Shown: positions 42,454 to 56,100 of the stretch, piece after piece
Position numbering within the stretch: the stretch's first letter is position 1
How the letters are laid out: each line of letters starts with the position of its first letter
Origin: Lingula anatina
Lineage: Eukaryota > Animalia > Brachiopoda
NCBI GenBank assembly: GCA_051362555.1
Contig: JBPQGU010000016.1
Span: forward strand, 2,046,001-2,110,000
Length of the DNA stretch: 64,000 nt
Direction: 5' to 3'
Made by a program: the position numbers and the translations under genes
The notes under the pieces: generated by a model
The model's database searches: none
What the model saw: only the letters and a program-made list of their open reading frames with translations
Told to the model about the DNA's origin: nothing

Positions 42454-43613
42454 TGTATTTATTTGGAACTTAAAAAGTTGGATTTTATAATAAAAACAAA
42501 TAGTGGTGAGATGCAAAAATGTACTTGTAAGTGTTTAAATGATTCGATACACATTAAAAGTTCATAGAAACCTCAGTTCTTAAAATTGATAAAGCCCATC
42601 GGATAAAGGTTTTTGACGATCGTACAGTCCCCAATTTTGACACAGTGTACTTATAAACCACCGCGGTGTCATGTACCAGAAGGTCCCACATGACAGAAAG
42701 TACTAGGACCCCTGGTTTCTAAAATAACGGGTCTCGGACTCTGTACCATGGTAATTGGGTATAATATACAGGGTCCCCCGAACCCGGCATTTTACCGGAC
42801 CCTACGTTGTTATGACAACTATCACGAAACACCGAGTCCACCCGTCATACAGAAAAACTGTATATCGCACAGGGTCTGAAATCTAGGGTCCTACTGTAGA
42901 ACAGTAGATATTTAGTAAAAGCGCTTTATATTCACAATCTGGGCATAAAAGTATTATAATAAAGCAAACCTTTGATGCAAGTAAATATAATATAACAAAC
43001 GGCGGTGGTTTGCACAGCGGCCTGGTGGTGTATTGGAGAGGGACACGGACGAAGAGCTTACTATTGAATGAAAATGACAGCCTACCAGACATTGGTTCGA
43101 GTCACACAATGGATTTGAATTTCGTGTACCTCCCATTTCTCATTCTTATTTTTCACTTATAATTAACTTAAAAGTAAAATATTTAACTTATCGTAAACTC
43201 ATTGTGTGCCAAGCCGCAGCAAAATGTTTAAGACACACTGTTCATTACATTTCATTTTTTATTGGAGGTTTTTTTACAGATATTCCATTGCCTTGTGATC
43301 GTTTGGACTAGGCCCACCTATACGCGTGACTTACAGTGCAGTGCATCAGTGTTAAGCTGTGCAAAATATGTTTTCTTTAAACGGACGGAATTCATTTATT
43401 ATTAAAGTGTCATTGAATATATACTCATTTAATTTTGTTTTACAGTTTAAATAACTTATGTATAAATAAAGTAAATGACCTGTATATAAATGAATCAACC
43501 CAAAAGGAATGTGTTTCATGGTTCTCAAGGTATAAAATGGCTAGCTGCTCGCGATGCCCTACACCGTCACCATAGATTTTCAAGCAATACGGCTTTATAA
43601 ACAACATGGCGGG

Positions 43614-44120
43614 TGTACCATGAAAATTTGACTCTCCTAAGAGGTGATTCCCCATAATGAAAATCTGACTCCCCAGTCAGTTTCATGATGAAAATCAGAC
43701 TACCCCAAGATAAATTTTGACCCCACCCCCACAAAACTCAAAAATTGTTATTTTATTTGAGTATAAGACTTTCATTTTGAAGTATGCATAATGGAGGGTA
43801 TATTGACACTTTGTTAGTTTGCAGGTGCAATTTTTCATGAAAACAAAATTTAAAATATGTATTTTACCACCCAATGACTCCCCTATGAAAAAGCTATTCA
43901 TTTGATATTTGGTGATCATTTCAACATATTTCCTTTAAGTATAGTTTATGAATGATATATTGGAAATATTTGAAAGTTTGATGTTGAAATATTTGGATGG
44001 AAAGAATCAGGAGAAATATTCATTTTCATTCGAAACCAAGGGGAGTCAAAATCCCACGGGCACAAGAATGCAAAGTTATTACCCTTTTTTCATTAAATTA
44101 TCCCCACTTTTCATTTAGTT
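43614..44120. mobile_element. Truncated second copy of the Ginger1-like element
   Basis: Begins tgtaccatgaaaatttgactc and is homologous to 23155-24474. Confidence 0.7.
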
Positions 44121-44249
44121 TTTAGGGTTCTAGGACTTTCCGTACTAAAATAGAGTGTCTAGGGGAACTCTACATTACAGAACATAGAGTCCGGGACCCG
44201 TTATTTCGAGACAGGGTGTCCGCCGGACTCTCAGATTTGAAAACACCGC

Positions 44250-44690
44250 CGGACCCTAGAATGGTAGGACTCTGTGTTGCTTGACACCGGAGTTAGAGAT
44301 ATGGGTCTAATGTCTGTCTCTATGGTCTTTGGAGGAATACACTTAGGTTGTGGTGACACATATGCATGTTTCCAGCGTGGTGGGACATATCTTTCACGAA
44401 CTGAAGAGTTGAATATATCACATACAGGGGCAGCTAGGTACCCTGCTAGGTCATGTAGGATCCAGTTGGGAATTTCGTCGGGACCTGTGGACTGTGTACA
44501 TTTACTTGGAGCAAGGTCTTTCGACATCTTGTTTTGTGATGATATATGTGGCTGGTACAGGATCTGCTGCTTCCACATGTTTCGGTTCAAGGGGCACAAA
44601 GTAATTTTGACAGATTGTAATAAAGCGTTTATTTTCTGGGCTAATAAGCTGAAATCAACATATTGCACTCACTGACGTTTCAAATTTAAG
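44250..44690 (-). mobile_element. LINE RT N-terminal fragment (L2/CR1 group)
   Basis: STGPDEIPNWILH...IFNSS...VPPRWKHAYVSP.PK...DIRPISLTP. Confidence 0.8.
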
Positions 44691-44999
44691 ATGGTGTTCA
44701 CAGAGTAAACCAACATTAGAAGGCTTGACCTCATCGCTTAGAAATCTGGTGAAAACAGATAAGTCACTCTGTCAGTACACTTCAAATATAATAAAGTTAT
44801 TTTCAATTTGAATATTTAGCATGCGACGATGTAATTAATTGAAAAAGTGTCATAGTACAACAACTCTTATGTGTGAGTGTGTGAGCGAGTGATTTTCCCT
44901 TGTTTGTTTTTGTATTGTCATGTATTCGTGATGTATTGTGTCAATTAAAAAAAAATCATTATAAAACGAAAAATTAGGGGTGAAACGGCATTGGATGGA

Positions 45000-45266
45000 G
45001 ACTTTGCTGCCTTGTTTTACTTACATAAATTCCTATTGCAGTTGGATTTAAATTTATGTCAAGCCTTCTCTGTTAGATCCTGCAATTTTACCTCTGGTAT
45101 GCGTTCAAACAGTATTTTTCTTTCAATTTCGTGGCGAGCGCATGCCAGGTAAAAATAATTTCATCTTCCACCTTGTCACAGTGGGGGCATTTTCGGTCAG
45201 AAATTTGTGTTTTTGATTTTGTATGTCGCCCTTTTTCAATTTCTGGATGGTGGTCACTTATAATAG
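45000..45266 (-). mobile_element. LINE ORF2 C-terminal fragment (RTE-X-like)
   Basis: ISDHHPEIEKGRHTK...RKCPHCDKVEDEI. Confidence 0.6.
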
Positions 45267-45268
45267 TA

Positions 45269-46109
45269 CAGACTTGACATTTAATAAGGAATATTTCAGT
45301 TTCGAAAGTAGGCTTAGGTAAAAATGCTTTCTTTTTTCAACAAATTCGGATTTCATATAAGATATGTGAATGGAAAAGTGTGTAGTCAGGTGTGTCGCTA
45401 CCAATTAACTGAATACCAAGTTTGTTGCGCTGCTGCATTATGTAATATGCAGTGATTTAATTGGTCAGTGCTCCTTTGAGCAGGTTAAAGCTTGGCTTTG
45501 GCAAAGCATGGTAATGCCAAAAAAGTATCCATATGTCGGCAACTACTGCATAGAATAACTTGATATTTTGCATGCAAGAGGTCGGTTTTGCAGTGTGTAA
45601 AATGAACTATGTACATCGTAGTGCTTTACAAATGTGTTAATCTGTGGCAGAATGGCGCGAAAAAGACAGGCATTGTGAGACAGATAATTGCGCCAAACGA
45701 AACGGTCCGCACAGTTTTATAGAGTAATGCCCAGACTGATGTACCTACACAGACGCCACACCCAATGTATTGAAATCTTACCACCAGAGTATAAGACCCA
45801 CTGTCTTTCGGGATATGCTGTTGCAACCAAACAAAAAGCACCCAGTCCGTTCAGAATAGGGGTAAATTGCCACCAAAACGAGATACAAAATATATCTTTT
45901 AATGGTTGTCGTACGACATAGAATAGGCAATGTATTTTTGTTTGCTTCTCTGGCGAATTCAATTAATGAACTGATGTCACGATCAAAGAGATAATTAAAA
46001 GTTATTAAAACACGATTTTAATCCTCATTTCCATTAATCAGTCAGCAAAATAGGAAAAAAATGATGAAAACTGATTTGGAAAAATATTCCATATTAAATA
46101 TCAAGTTTG
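45269..46109 (+). mobile_element. Internally deleted copy of the Tc1 family at 20960-22613
   Basis: Same TIRs and TA duplication, in opposite orientation; shared sequence is visible in the ORF track (LVVRFQYIGCG...FCHRLTHL in both). Confidence 0.85.
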
Positions 46110-48240
46110 TATTTTTAGGCTTTCATCGTATGCTGGTTATTTTGGTAACAATAGTCCGAATATTTAACAATTCGCACCGCTCTAATTGCTGACTAACCCC
46201 CAAGCCCAATAGGAGTTAACCGCTAAATGTAGTTCAAACAGCGTAGGTAGTGTTTTGGTTATTTATAAGAAGGGTTTTCTAAACATTATATCATGTTTTT
46301 CCAGAATGTTATAAAACGCTGATAAAACTCCACAAAATAACGTTATCATAAAGTTTTGTAGATACTGTCTTCGAATCTTTCTACAAAACGTTCTGATGTT
46401 ACTATAATGTTTTTTGTTAGCTGTGACAACACTTTGCATAGAGTGAAAAGCCAAGTGCTTAGCCAAGTTGCTTAGCCTTGTGATAGACTTATAACAGAAT
46501 CATATACCGGGGAAGCTAAGCACATAGCTAAACGTTTAACACTGTCAAACGTGTCTAGCATTTTCTTTTGTGAGCAGCTTGAAAAGCTATACGTGTTTAG
46601 CTTTAACACATATTTCTAAATGCGTTTAGGTGCTAAACGTGCGTTTTATGTGTTTAAATACTAAACACTGTTTATACAGTGTAAGTGAGTCGGTCATATA
46701 TTTAGTTTGCGGATCTGTTTGTCCGCGGATCAACTTGTTCTGAATGCGCTCAAAGTCTCTTTTTCAGCGGAATTTTTTTTTATATTGGTTAAATTGATGT
46801 AGTCTGTTAAATTAGGTGTACAAATAATTGAATAAAGAATGACCGAAAAGAAAAAAGGCCAGGAATAAAAATGATAAACAAGGCAGCATGAAAGAAAGAG
46901 TTAATACGGGTAGATATTACTACTACTACTACTACTAAGAATAATAATAACAATGATAATAATGAAAACGATAATAATTATATAAGTAATAATAATCAGA
47001 AGAAGAATTCGTGTAGTATATTTCTATAATTATTATTTATTTTATTATTCAAAATTATATAATAAAAAGATTCTAAAACATACCAATTAAAATGAAAAGT
47101 GAACGATGGTGATTTATTCAGAGAATTGCCAAGACAGACAATGCGGTAATGAACATAGCCAGTATTAGTTATAGAATGCCATAATCTTGATAACCATTGT
47201 CTGAAATCGAGCGCAGTTAACATTAACGTTTTCCTTGAACGGCTGAATCGAAACTACTTATCCTTTTCTTTCGCCTAACACTGACTCCACGCACGTAAGT
47301 ATTTGTAATTACATAGCTATTCCCGTTTGTGAGAGTACCGATGCTCTATCGAAGCCTTCCAACTGGTGATCTGTGCTTTGAAGGGTTGGGGGGGGGCAAA
47401 TGAATGTACAAGCAAGTAACGAACTGGGCATGCTACAGGGGCCTTCAATAGACACATCATTTGACGATTGCAAAAGGAAATCATTATCAGTAACGTTCAG
47501 AACGGCTTGTGCATCTAGCTTTGAAAAGCTTAATTAAACTATTTGATTTAATTAAATTATTAAAATAGAAGACATAAAAAACGATAGTTTAATTTCAGTT
47601 ATTTTATTTCTTATATTTTATTATTTTATTATTTTTCCGCTTTCATTCCCTTCTTTAGACCTTCTAGTCGTTACAGTTGTATTGTCTAAACTGGTTTTAC
47701 TGTATTATATAAACAGATGACAGCATATAGTTTTAAGATAATTTCACATATATTTCATAATCTGTTCACTTTATTGATGGTATATGACTTACGTTTATAC
47801 AGCGTTAGAGAATAGAATCAAGGGGTCCGCTGTCACTTTGCTACATCTCTCATAAGTACAACCTTTCTTCTTTAATTTTGTTTTAGCCAACAAAAAGGCA
47901 TTGTTGCTATGAGACGCTCCCTTAATCCTTGACCTTCCCTGCGTTACGTATAGGAATTTGCTTATCAACAGCACGAAGTAGCACGAGTGCATATACTTGC
48001 ACAGCGTACAACCAGTTCTGCTGTCAGGGTGGAGGTCTTCGTCACCAAATACATATTAAGCTCATAAACTGCACTCTTATAGCCTAAACAAGGTAAACGA
48101 TTTAATTTCTGCAATAAGATCTGTAACTAAGCTCATCAGGGTGTTATCAAAATACATTGGAAGGAAGGACAGAGTAGCATTTTAATCTGTCTGTTTACTA
48201 CAACTCTATCCCCTGGAGATTTTTATTGAAGACAGTATAT

Positions 48241-49469
48241 GGCCGGTATTCCAAGATGTTCCTTAAAATAGGGCTAAGGTCAAATTTTATAAAGGCTTCC
48301 TTTGATGAGGTGTTCCTTGGTAAAGGAAGGCCTAACAAAATGGTATTCTAAGACCAAACTTTAGCCTCTCCTTTGATAAGGAATTACTTTGACAAAAGTC
48401 AGCCTTTAGGTAAGGGACACTGACATAAAGGAGCTCCTCATTAGTTAGAGTTGGCCTTTGTGACACTCTCCTCGTTAAAATGCCTAGGTAATGTTGTATA
48501 ATTGGGGTCAACTGATAGCTTCAGTCATGCAACAGCGCATATGGACATTATCACTGCATGTGGATGTTTTGATCTAAGCCAAATTTAGTGAATAAAGTAA
48601 GTATGGAAAGAAGAGAAAAGAATGGTTTGGAGGATGAGAAAACCACAGTCGTAGACCCTTTTCTGATATTGAGAAAGCAGCTACTGATGCAACTAGTCAA
48701 CAGAGAAAAGCCTATCCTCGATCAAATGTATTACTTCCGCCAAGGAGGTTGTTTTCACCCCCGTTTGTTTGTCTGTCTTTTTACGACCTCCACCAAGGAG
48801 GTTATGTTTTCATCCCTGTTTAATTGTCTGTCTGACTGTCCGTCTGTCTGTCTGTCTGTGTGTTTGTTTGTTTGTTTGTCATCAACATAACTCAAAAAGT
48901 TACAGGACGAATTTGATGAAATTTTCAGGGTAGGTCAGAAATGGGTTATACTATATAAGTGATTAATTTTTGGTGGTGATCAAGATCAATAATAAATCAA
49001 TTATCATTAATAAAAAACCCAAAACTTTATGGACCGTTTTTTATGAAACCAAGTTCAATAATAAATCAATAAACAATAATCACAAATAACTCAAAAAGTA
49101 ATGTGTCGATTGTGATGAAATTTTTAATTGATTATTGATCCGGATCAAGTATCAATTAATAATCAAAAATCAAAAAACTATATCATTATAGAATGAAAAT
49201 TGGGTGGAGACTTTGCCCTCAGAGTGCTTTTCTAGTTGAATTCAATGATTTTGAATTTAGGTAGGCTTACATTTTAAGGAATCCTCAGCCAAAAATAAAG
49301 GAAATCTTTAAGCAAAGGCAGATTCTACAAATGACCGATTCCTTTGCTAAGGATGATTGTTAAGTGATTCCTTTCAAGTGAGATAAAGAAATGTCTTGGA
49401 ATACAAATGTTGTATAAGGTCGACTTTAAGTCTCCCTTAACACTAAAGGGAGATTCTGGAATATGGGCC
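48241..49469. mobile_element. Harbinger-like MITE containing a nested HINE-like element (48733-49236)
   Basis: Inverted ends ggccggtattccaaga and tctggaatatgggcc. Confidence 0.55.
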
Positions 49470-50083
49470 AATAATTTGCCTCAATTTCACATTGTTTATT
49501 ATCAGTATGAAATCCATTCTATGTGTACTCTGCCTTTAACTGTATATATTTTTGAATGAAGGCAGACAAAGTGTATCAATGTCACATCGCTTATTCTCAG
49601 TATGGTTTTCATTTCAGATGTCAAGGCAGGAGGATAACAAGGTAAATACTTTCGTCCTCCATAGCATCTCATTCTTTCTCTTACACACACACACACTCAA
49701 GCACATCGGTAAAGTCAGGTAAATATTATTCCCCTGAGCACAATACCACCTGACTACCCCCAAGGAAAAAAAAACTCTACCTCAGGTAAGAAAACATACT
49801 GTATTCGAAATATCTATTTGTGAATTTTATAAATTACTTGGAAATTTTGCGAAATATCAGATAGAGGGCAGTTGAGATATAAGAAATGGTTATTTTAATA
49901 TAAATTATAACTATAAATATTATAAGATATAATTAAGATTATAAAAATCAGAAAAATCAAATATCAATTTGCAAATTTGACATTGCAGGACGCTTTTGAT
50001 CAAGCAAATACTAAGTTCTAATTGGGATGTGGTCTTGGCCACTTAGGAAGTGGACTAGATTAGTACTGGGCCTGTGACATATA

Positions 50084-50851
50084 CACTAATGCTCATAAGT
50101 TAAGCAACACCCCGATTTTTTCAAAAATTTCTTCTATCATGATCATTATTTTATTTGTTATTGGGATTATGCATTTTTCTTTCATACTTTATAAATAGCT
50201 TCTTCAATTTGAATATTTCTGTTAAAGAAATAAACCACATAGCTCATTGTAACAATTAAATTAATTAAATTACCCAAATGGTACCAAAATATGCTAAACC
50301 ATATGTCTAAAAAGTATGCTCACACAGCAAAAAGTACGTGCTGTATAAACAGTTTATCATGAACAAAAATGGAGTTTTATCATCTAAGAATTAGTTTTAA
50401 TAAAAAAAGAATTTAGATAATAGACGATTGATCGTCTATTATGCAATAAATATCGGCACTAAATTCTGTCAATTTTGCTTTGGGAGCCGGTTCAATTCCT
50501 CAATTATTGCCTGCTGGAGCTCTTATGTTTCCGACTGGAGGTTGTCTCTCATTTACTGCTATGTCATTCATATCCTAAGCATGTTCGATTACATTGAGAA
50601 TTGGTAAATATGCAGGCCAATCCAAATGTGGGATACCTTGCTGTTGCAACGCGTCTTGCACGGACCGTGCTTTATGGATGGGCGAATTATCCTGCACCAA
50701 AATGATTTTTCCTGGATTTGCTTGAATGCCTGACTGTAAGCGCCCCAATGGTGTTTCATCTCTGTATCATTGACCAGTGTACACCACTGGAATGAAGTAA
50801 AGTGGCAATTTTTCAACATATGAGAAACCGCACCATACCATGACGGATGTG
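50084..50851 (-). mobile_element. Tc1 3' half (degenerate transposase)
   Basis: SVMVWCGFSY, LVQDNSPIHKAR and LDWPAYLPILNVIEH; probable end ta|cactaatgctcataagttaagcaacac. Confidence 0.75.
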
Positions 50852-51217
50852 AAGCCTCTCTTTTGGTCCTCAAATCAAATTCGGTCCCTTAGTTCTAAAC
50901 TGTTTACAAGAAGCTCTGTTCTGGTCCTACACCTGTAAATGTCCATTATGACGTCTTCAAACGTGTTCCCCAAACGTGTCCTTGGCTGACTCTGTTATTT
51001 CTCCAATTTTTTTTTAGGTTTAAAACTTTTAGAGGCTACCAAAAAACGTATGTAAACTAAATGTTAGAAAGAAATACATTACAATTATTTAAATTCGTAT
51101 TGTATTTGCTATAATATATTCTCACATTTTTAAAGAACACAAAAGTTCTGCTGCCTGACTTCCTCTGCATCAAGTGTTCAAGAAATTATAATTATTATAT
51201 CGTGGGTGATTGTAAGG

Positions 51218-51248
<31 letters not shown>

Positions 51249-52890
51249 GGCTTACTCACTGGCATGATGGTGCGTCTCAAACCTGTTAACTTCCCGACCC
51301 TTTAAAACACCGCTACATATGTAGACACCCGTATTTCACACGTATTTCAAGATATATACCCCCCTGCCCACACTTATTTCAACCTGAAAGATTGGTAAGT
51401 CGGTAGTCTGGCTTAGGCATTAAAATCTCACTATCTCCACATCTGGTTTCTATCAAGCTCGTTCAAGAGCTTAGGACAAGCATATAGCTCCTCGTGCCAG
51501 GAAATCAGGAGATGAGGAGTAGAGTGGAACATGTCTTCTTAATATGGAAATCTATATATTTTTGGTAATGTCCATTCAAACATAAACAAACACTGTAAAA
51601 TACTCTTTCTCGAATTAATATCATGTTCACACATTTATGTAAATGTCCCGAACTAGAGGTGAGTGCTATGAACTAACGGGCCCGTAGCCAGCAAAGTCAA
51701 AATGGGGGTTCTTTTTCTGAAAAAAATGGACCTTTTATAATGAAACCTTTGTGTACTTAAATGTACCAAATTGTACCCAGAATGGACCTTTTTCTAACAA
51801 AAAGGGTGGTTCTTTCGAGCCCCTCGAATCCATAACTGGTCCATACTCGTCCCATGTAATACATTGTTGCCTCTTTTTGATAAAGCGATTCGCAATTATT
51901 ATAAACAGTATCCTTGGGACACAAGGTTACTCTGCAATTTATGTCTTTCAATTTATTCTTTGAAATATCACCCAACTTGCCTGTTGATTTCGCGAATCAA
52001 GCAAATGAGTGCTAATTGGGTTACTAAACTGCAAGTAATTAACCCCCTCCCCTCCCCCGAACATCATACTGGCAGGTTAGCAAATGAAGACTATACCACA
52101 GAAAAAGTTTGGGGCCCAAAAGAGAGCCAGCTAAAGACACGTCTGGGGAACACGTTTATACACGTCATGATGTTAAGCCTCTCTTCTGGCCCTCAACTCA
52201 AATTCGGTCCCTTGGTTCTAAACTGTTTACAACTGTTTACAACAGCTATATGCTATATGCTTGTCCTAAGCTCTTGAACGAGCTTGATAGAAACCGGATG
52301 TGGAGATAGTGAGATTTTATTGCCTAAGCCAGACTACCGACTTACCAATCTTTCAGGTTGAAATAAGTGTGGGCAGGGGGGTATATATCTTCTGAACCGA
52401 CCAAGCTAGAAAATCACGAAACATGATAAAGTATATCAGAAGAAAGGTCCAGTGAGTATAAGCCCCCCCCCCCCCCCACACACACACACCCTTACAATCA
52501 CCCACGATATAATAATTATAATTTCTTGAACACTTGATGCAGAGCACGCCATATAAATACTGTAGTATAAGCATCCTAAAGGAAGTCAGGCAGCAGAACT
52601 TTTGTGTTCTTTAAAAATGTGAGAATATATTATAGCAAATACAATACGAATTTAAATAATTGTAATGTATTTCTTTCTAACATTCAGTTAACATACGTTT
52701 TTTGGTAGCCTCTAAAAGTTTTAAACCTAAAAAATTGGAGAACATAACAGAGTCAGCCAAGGACACGTTTGGGGAACACGTTTGAAGACGTCATAATGGA
52801 CATTTACAGGTGTAGGACCAGAACAGAGCTTCTTGTAAACAGTTTAGAACTAAGGGACCGAATTTGATTTGAGGACCAAAAGAGAGGCTT
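50852..52890. repeat. Inverted duplication, arms 50852-51488 and 52252-52890
   Basis: The arms are near-identical reverse complements apart from one swapped block and one ~36-bp indel. Confidence 0.9.
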
Positions 52891-53042
52891 AACAGACGTT
52901 CAGCTTCTAAAAAATGCCGGTTGACTGTTTGCCTACTGATTCTAGCTCTTCCTAACCTAGTACAGTACTGTACAAATTTGCCTTAATAAAAAAAACTGGT
53001 TTGCTGAGAAATTTGAAAAAATTGATAGTGTTATCCGTATCA

Positions 53043-53044
<2 letters not shown>

Positions 53045-53115
<71 letters not shown>
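53045..53115. repeat. (TA)n microsatellite
   Basis: Seen directly in the sequence. Confidence 0.95.
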
Positions 53116-53123
<8 letters not shown>

Positions 53124-56100
53124 TTGGGTCAAAGTAAATAGCGTTCTAAGAAAATGCCACATTCTCTCAGTAAATTGTTCTTGCTATAACGTATTGGAGA
53201 ACATATCGGTGAGTTCTCAAATAATATCAAGTTTATCAATTATGTGTTAGCCTCTCAAAAAATAAGGTATTGGAGGTATAATTGCTAGACCATTTCTCGT
53301 AAAAACAATGTATTGTCAGTTCTACCACCTATGCGGTTGGTCATAATTAACCCACTTTAGAGAACGTTCAACTTTAGACCACCTCCTTCCCTTACCGGGA
53401 TTTAAGTGGCCATAATGTACCACCGCTGCTTTTCCTTTTGTTTTTATCTTATATAGAATCGGAGAAATCAGCTCAATAACTTTGAACGGCGGGTTTTTGG
53501 AATGATATTATGCATTAACAATAGGTAACCCTTTGTGTCTTAGTACAGTAGTAATAATAATTATGTTTCCGTTGTACGACGTTTTAAAAACGTCAGAAAT
53601 GTTTTAATCCCTATCCTGTGAATAGAAGGGGGCGGACAAACAATGGAAAGCCGTCTAATCCCTTCAAAATTCGAACACAAGAACACAATAGTTTAGGCGT
53701 AATAACGCACAATACCTTAGGCGAGTGAACCCCATGACGCCTGTTTCTGTGGTCCAGCGCGAGCGCGACAATCCGCTGTGACTAGGTGTAATTAACAGCA
53801 GGATACATCAGCCAGAAGGTGCCCATTGTTTGTTGCGGCGATAGGATTATAGCTTTAAGATGCTAGAACCCATGCTAACGCGCGCCACTCCCGTGGCCAC
53901 CTATCCTTTTGTTCACTAGCTTGGCACGCGCAGCTGATCATGTTTTAAGTGTTGCAAGAAAACTGCTAGTTTAATTTAGTATCAGTTATTTAATTCAATA
54001 TGAAGTGTTCTGTGGTCAAAAATTGAATTTGATAGACATGCATCAGCATCGTACTTCAGCATGATCAACAAATCAACCCGTCTCAAAAAGTTTAAAGATG
54101 CTCCGTACACAAATTTCCATCATCGCTACCTGTGTAAAAATAGATTACTGTTTAGAAATAACAAAGAAAGAAACATTATTAAAACAATTTATTCACATTA
54201 CAAGCTGACGTGTTGCTTCAATTACTACATTAAGTTACATTTTATATAAAATAATAGAGCGAATCCGTAAATATATAAATAAATAAACAGGCCCGCAGCC
54301 AGGGGGAGTTCGGGAGGTTCGAAAGACCCCCCCCCCCTTTTGCTGAAAAAAAGGTCCACTCTGGGTAAAATTTGACATAAGAACATGGGGATTTTTCGAT
54401 AAAAGGTCCACTTTTTCAGAAAAAGACCCCCCCCCCCTTTGAAATTGCTGGCCACGAGCTTGATAAATAAAAAAATAAAAAAATAAATTATTTAAAGAAT
54501 AAAGTAAATAATTAGATGACATTAAGAATCAAATAAAAAAATAGGTACAAATTAGATGGTATAAATCATTAAATAAAAGATAAATTATTTCAAATAATTT
54601 CATAAATAAATTATGATTTAATAATTAAATGAATAAATCGCTGTGGAGAAATAATCATTGTCGCCGCTAACGCGGTGAGTTTATATACCCATTATCAAGG
54701 CCACAGATAGACTCACTAGTTACCAGTATAGACAGATATGTATCTGTTTATTTGATGGGACTTTTTTTGCACGCGCGTTAGGGGAACGAGCATATAAACT
54801 AACTTCTTTTAAGATTAAAGTGAGTGTCCTATCATTTGAAAGTCAACAAAATATTTCATTCCACATTAGATAAATTAGCCTCATAATTACATTTGTAATT
54901 TTATAGCCGGGTGTATGTAACTCTTCGCTGTTCAGTAACAGTTATAAAGGAAAGTTAGATTTTGCTTGTATAAAACAAACTTTTTTTATTTTGATAAAAA
55001 TCGACTGCGCACGAAGCATAATGATATTAGGCTTTCGATGATGATTGTGCATGAAACGTCAAGTCATTTTTCCTTTTCATAATAGTGCTGGGCACCCAGG
55101 TGTTGAATCTTTTACTCGACGTGCATCTCCTAATATTGTATAGGCATGATTTCAGGTTGTTCGGGAGCGATGACGATTTCGTTCAAAATGGGTTGTTTGC
55201 AGCACAAGGCCCTTATGCTTTATGATATATGTGAATAAACCTAGCTTACTAAACTACTATTACCAAAGTAAAGCAGGGCTTTAGGTTTAACAGTCTAAGA
55301 TTAATTCAATATGGGCAGTTAACTTGGACCAGTCTTGTTTCATTAACTTTGCGAATGAAAGTCTCCGTCGTCAACGTAAATTTCCAATATGATTTTACAT
55401 CACTTATCTGATTTAACAATCTTATTGTTTAGGTTTTGTTTAAGGTTGTATGAGAAAAGATAATGATCACGTTTAACAATCGATTGAGGGCTACAGTAAG
55501 TCCCTCCTCTTTGAGCGATGTCGAAGACTGTTGATTCAACGTACTTTCATAAACATATAGTGTGACCACACTGTCAGCCATCCCCCTTGTTGCACGTTGC
55601 AAGCGATTTGTCTCATAACTATGACAAGGCGTTCTTTTTTCTCGTTATTGTTTAAAAACGGACCACTTTGTCAAGGCTAATTGCTTAGCTCTTTGCGCGT
55701 CATATGTAAACGCTAAGATATGAATGTTATACCCGCGCCGGTAGTTGATTGTTTTGCCCGGTCGCCGCACTTATGCTTTCTTACTAGAGCGATCTAGAAC
55801 AATTTTAATTAACTTAAAAGTCGCTAGTTTTCCCTGTTTGTAACTGTAGCAAGATATGTTCGACATGCCGTTTCTGCACGACAGCCGGAGACACAGTAAT
55901 TGTATAAGGCATGGTTTAAGCTTGTTCGAGAGATAATAACAGTCGCGTTTAACAAAAGATAGTAAGACCCCCTCCTATTTAACTGATGTCTTACACTGTT
56001 AATATTGACCGCACTATTATATATTATGTAATACACTGTCAGACTTTCCCCTGTTGCACGTTGGCGTTGGATTGTACTTGTGCCTTTGTCAATGCACCTC

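Larger units (their letters stand above)
41221..46681. mobile_element. EnSpm/CACTA-type non-autonomous element with nested insertions
   Basis: ta|cactgtaaaaacactgtttag ... ctaaacactgtttatacagtg|ta, with subterminal tttag/ctaaa repeats. Confidence 0.65.

Noticed and set aside
43015-43110. tRNA gene (tggtgtattgg A-box-like and ggttcgagtc B-box-like motifs)
   Set aside because: No cloverleaf or acceptor stem can be drawn; at most a decayed SINE head.
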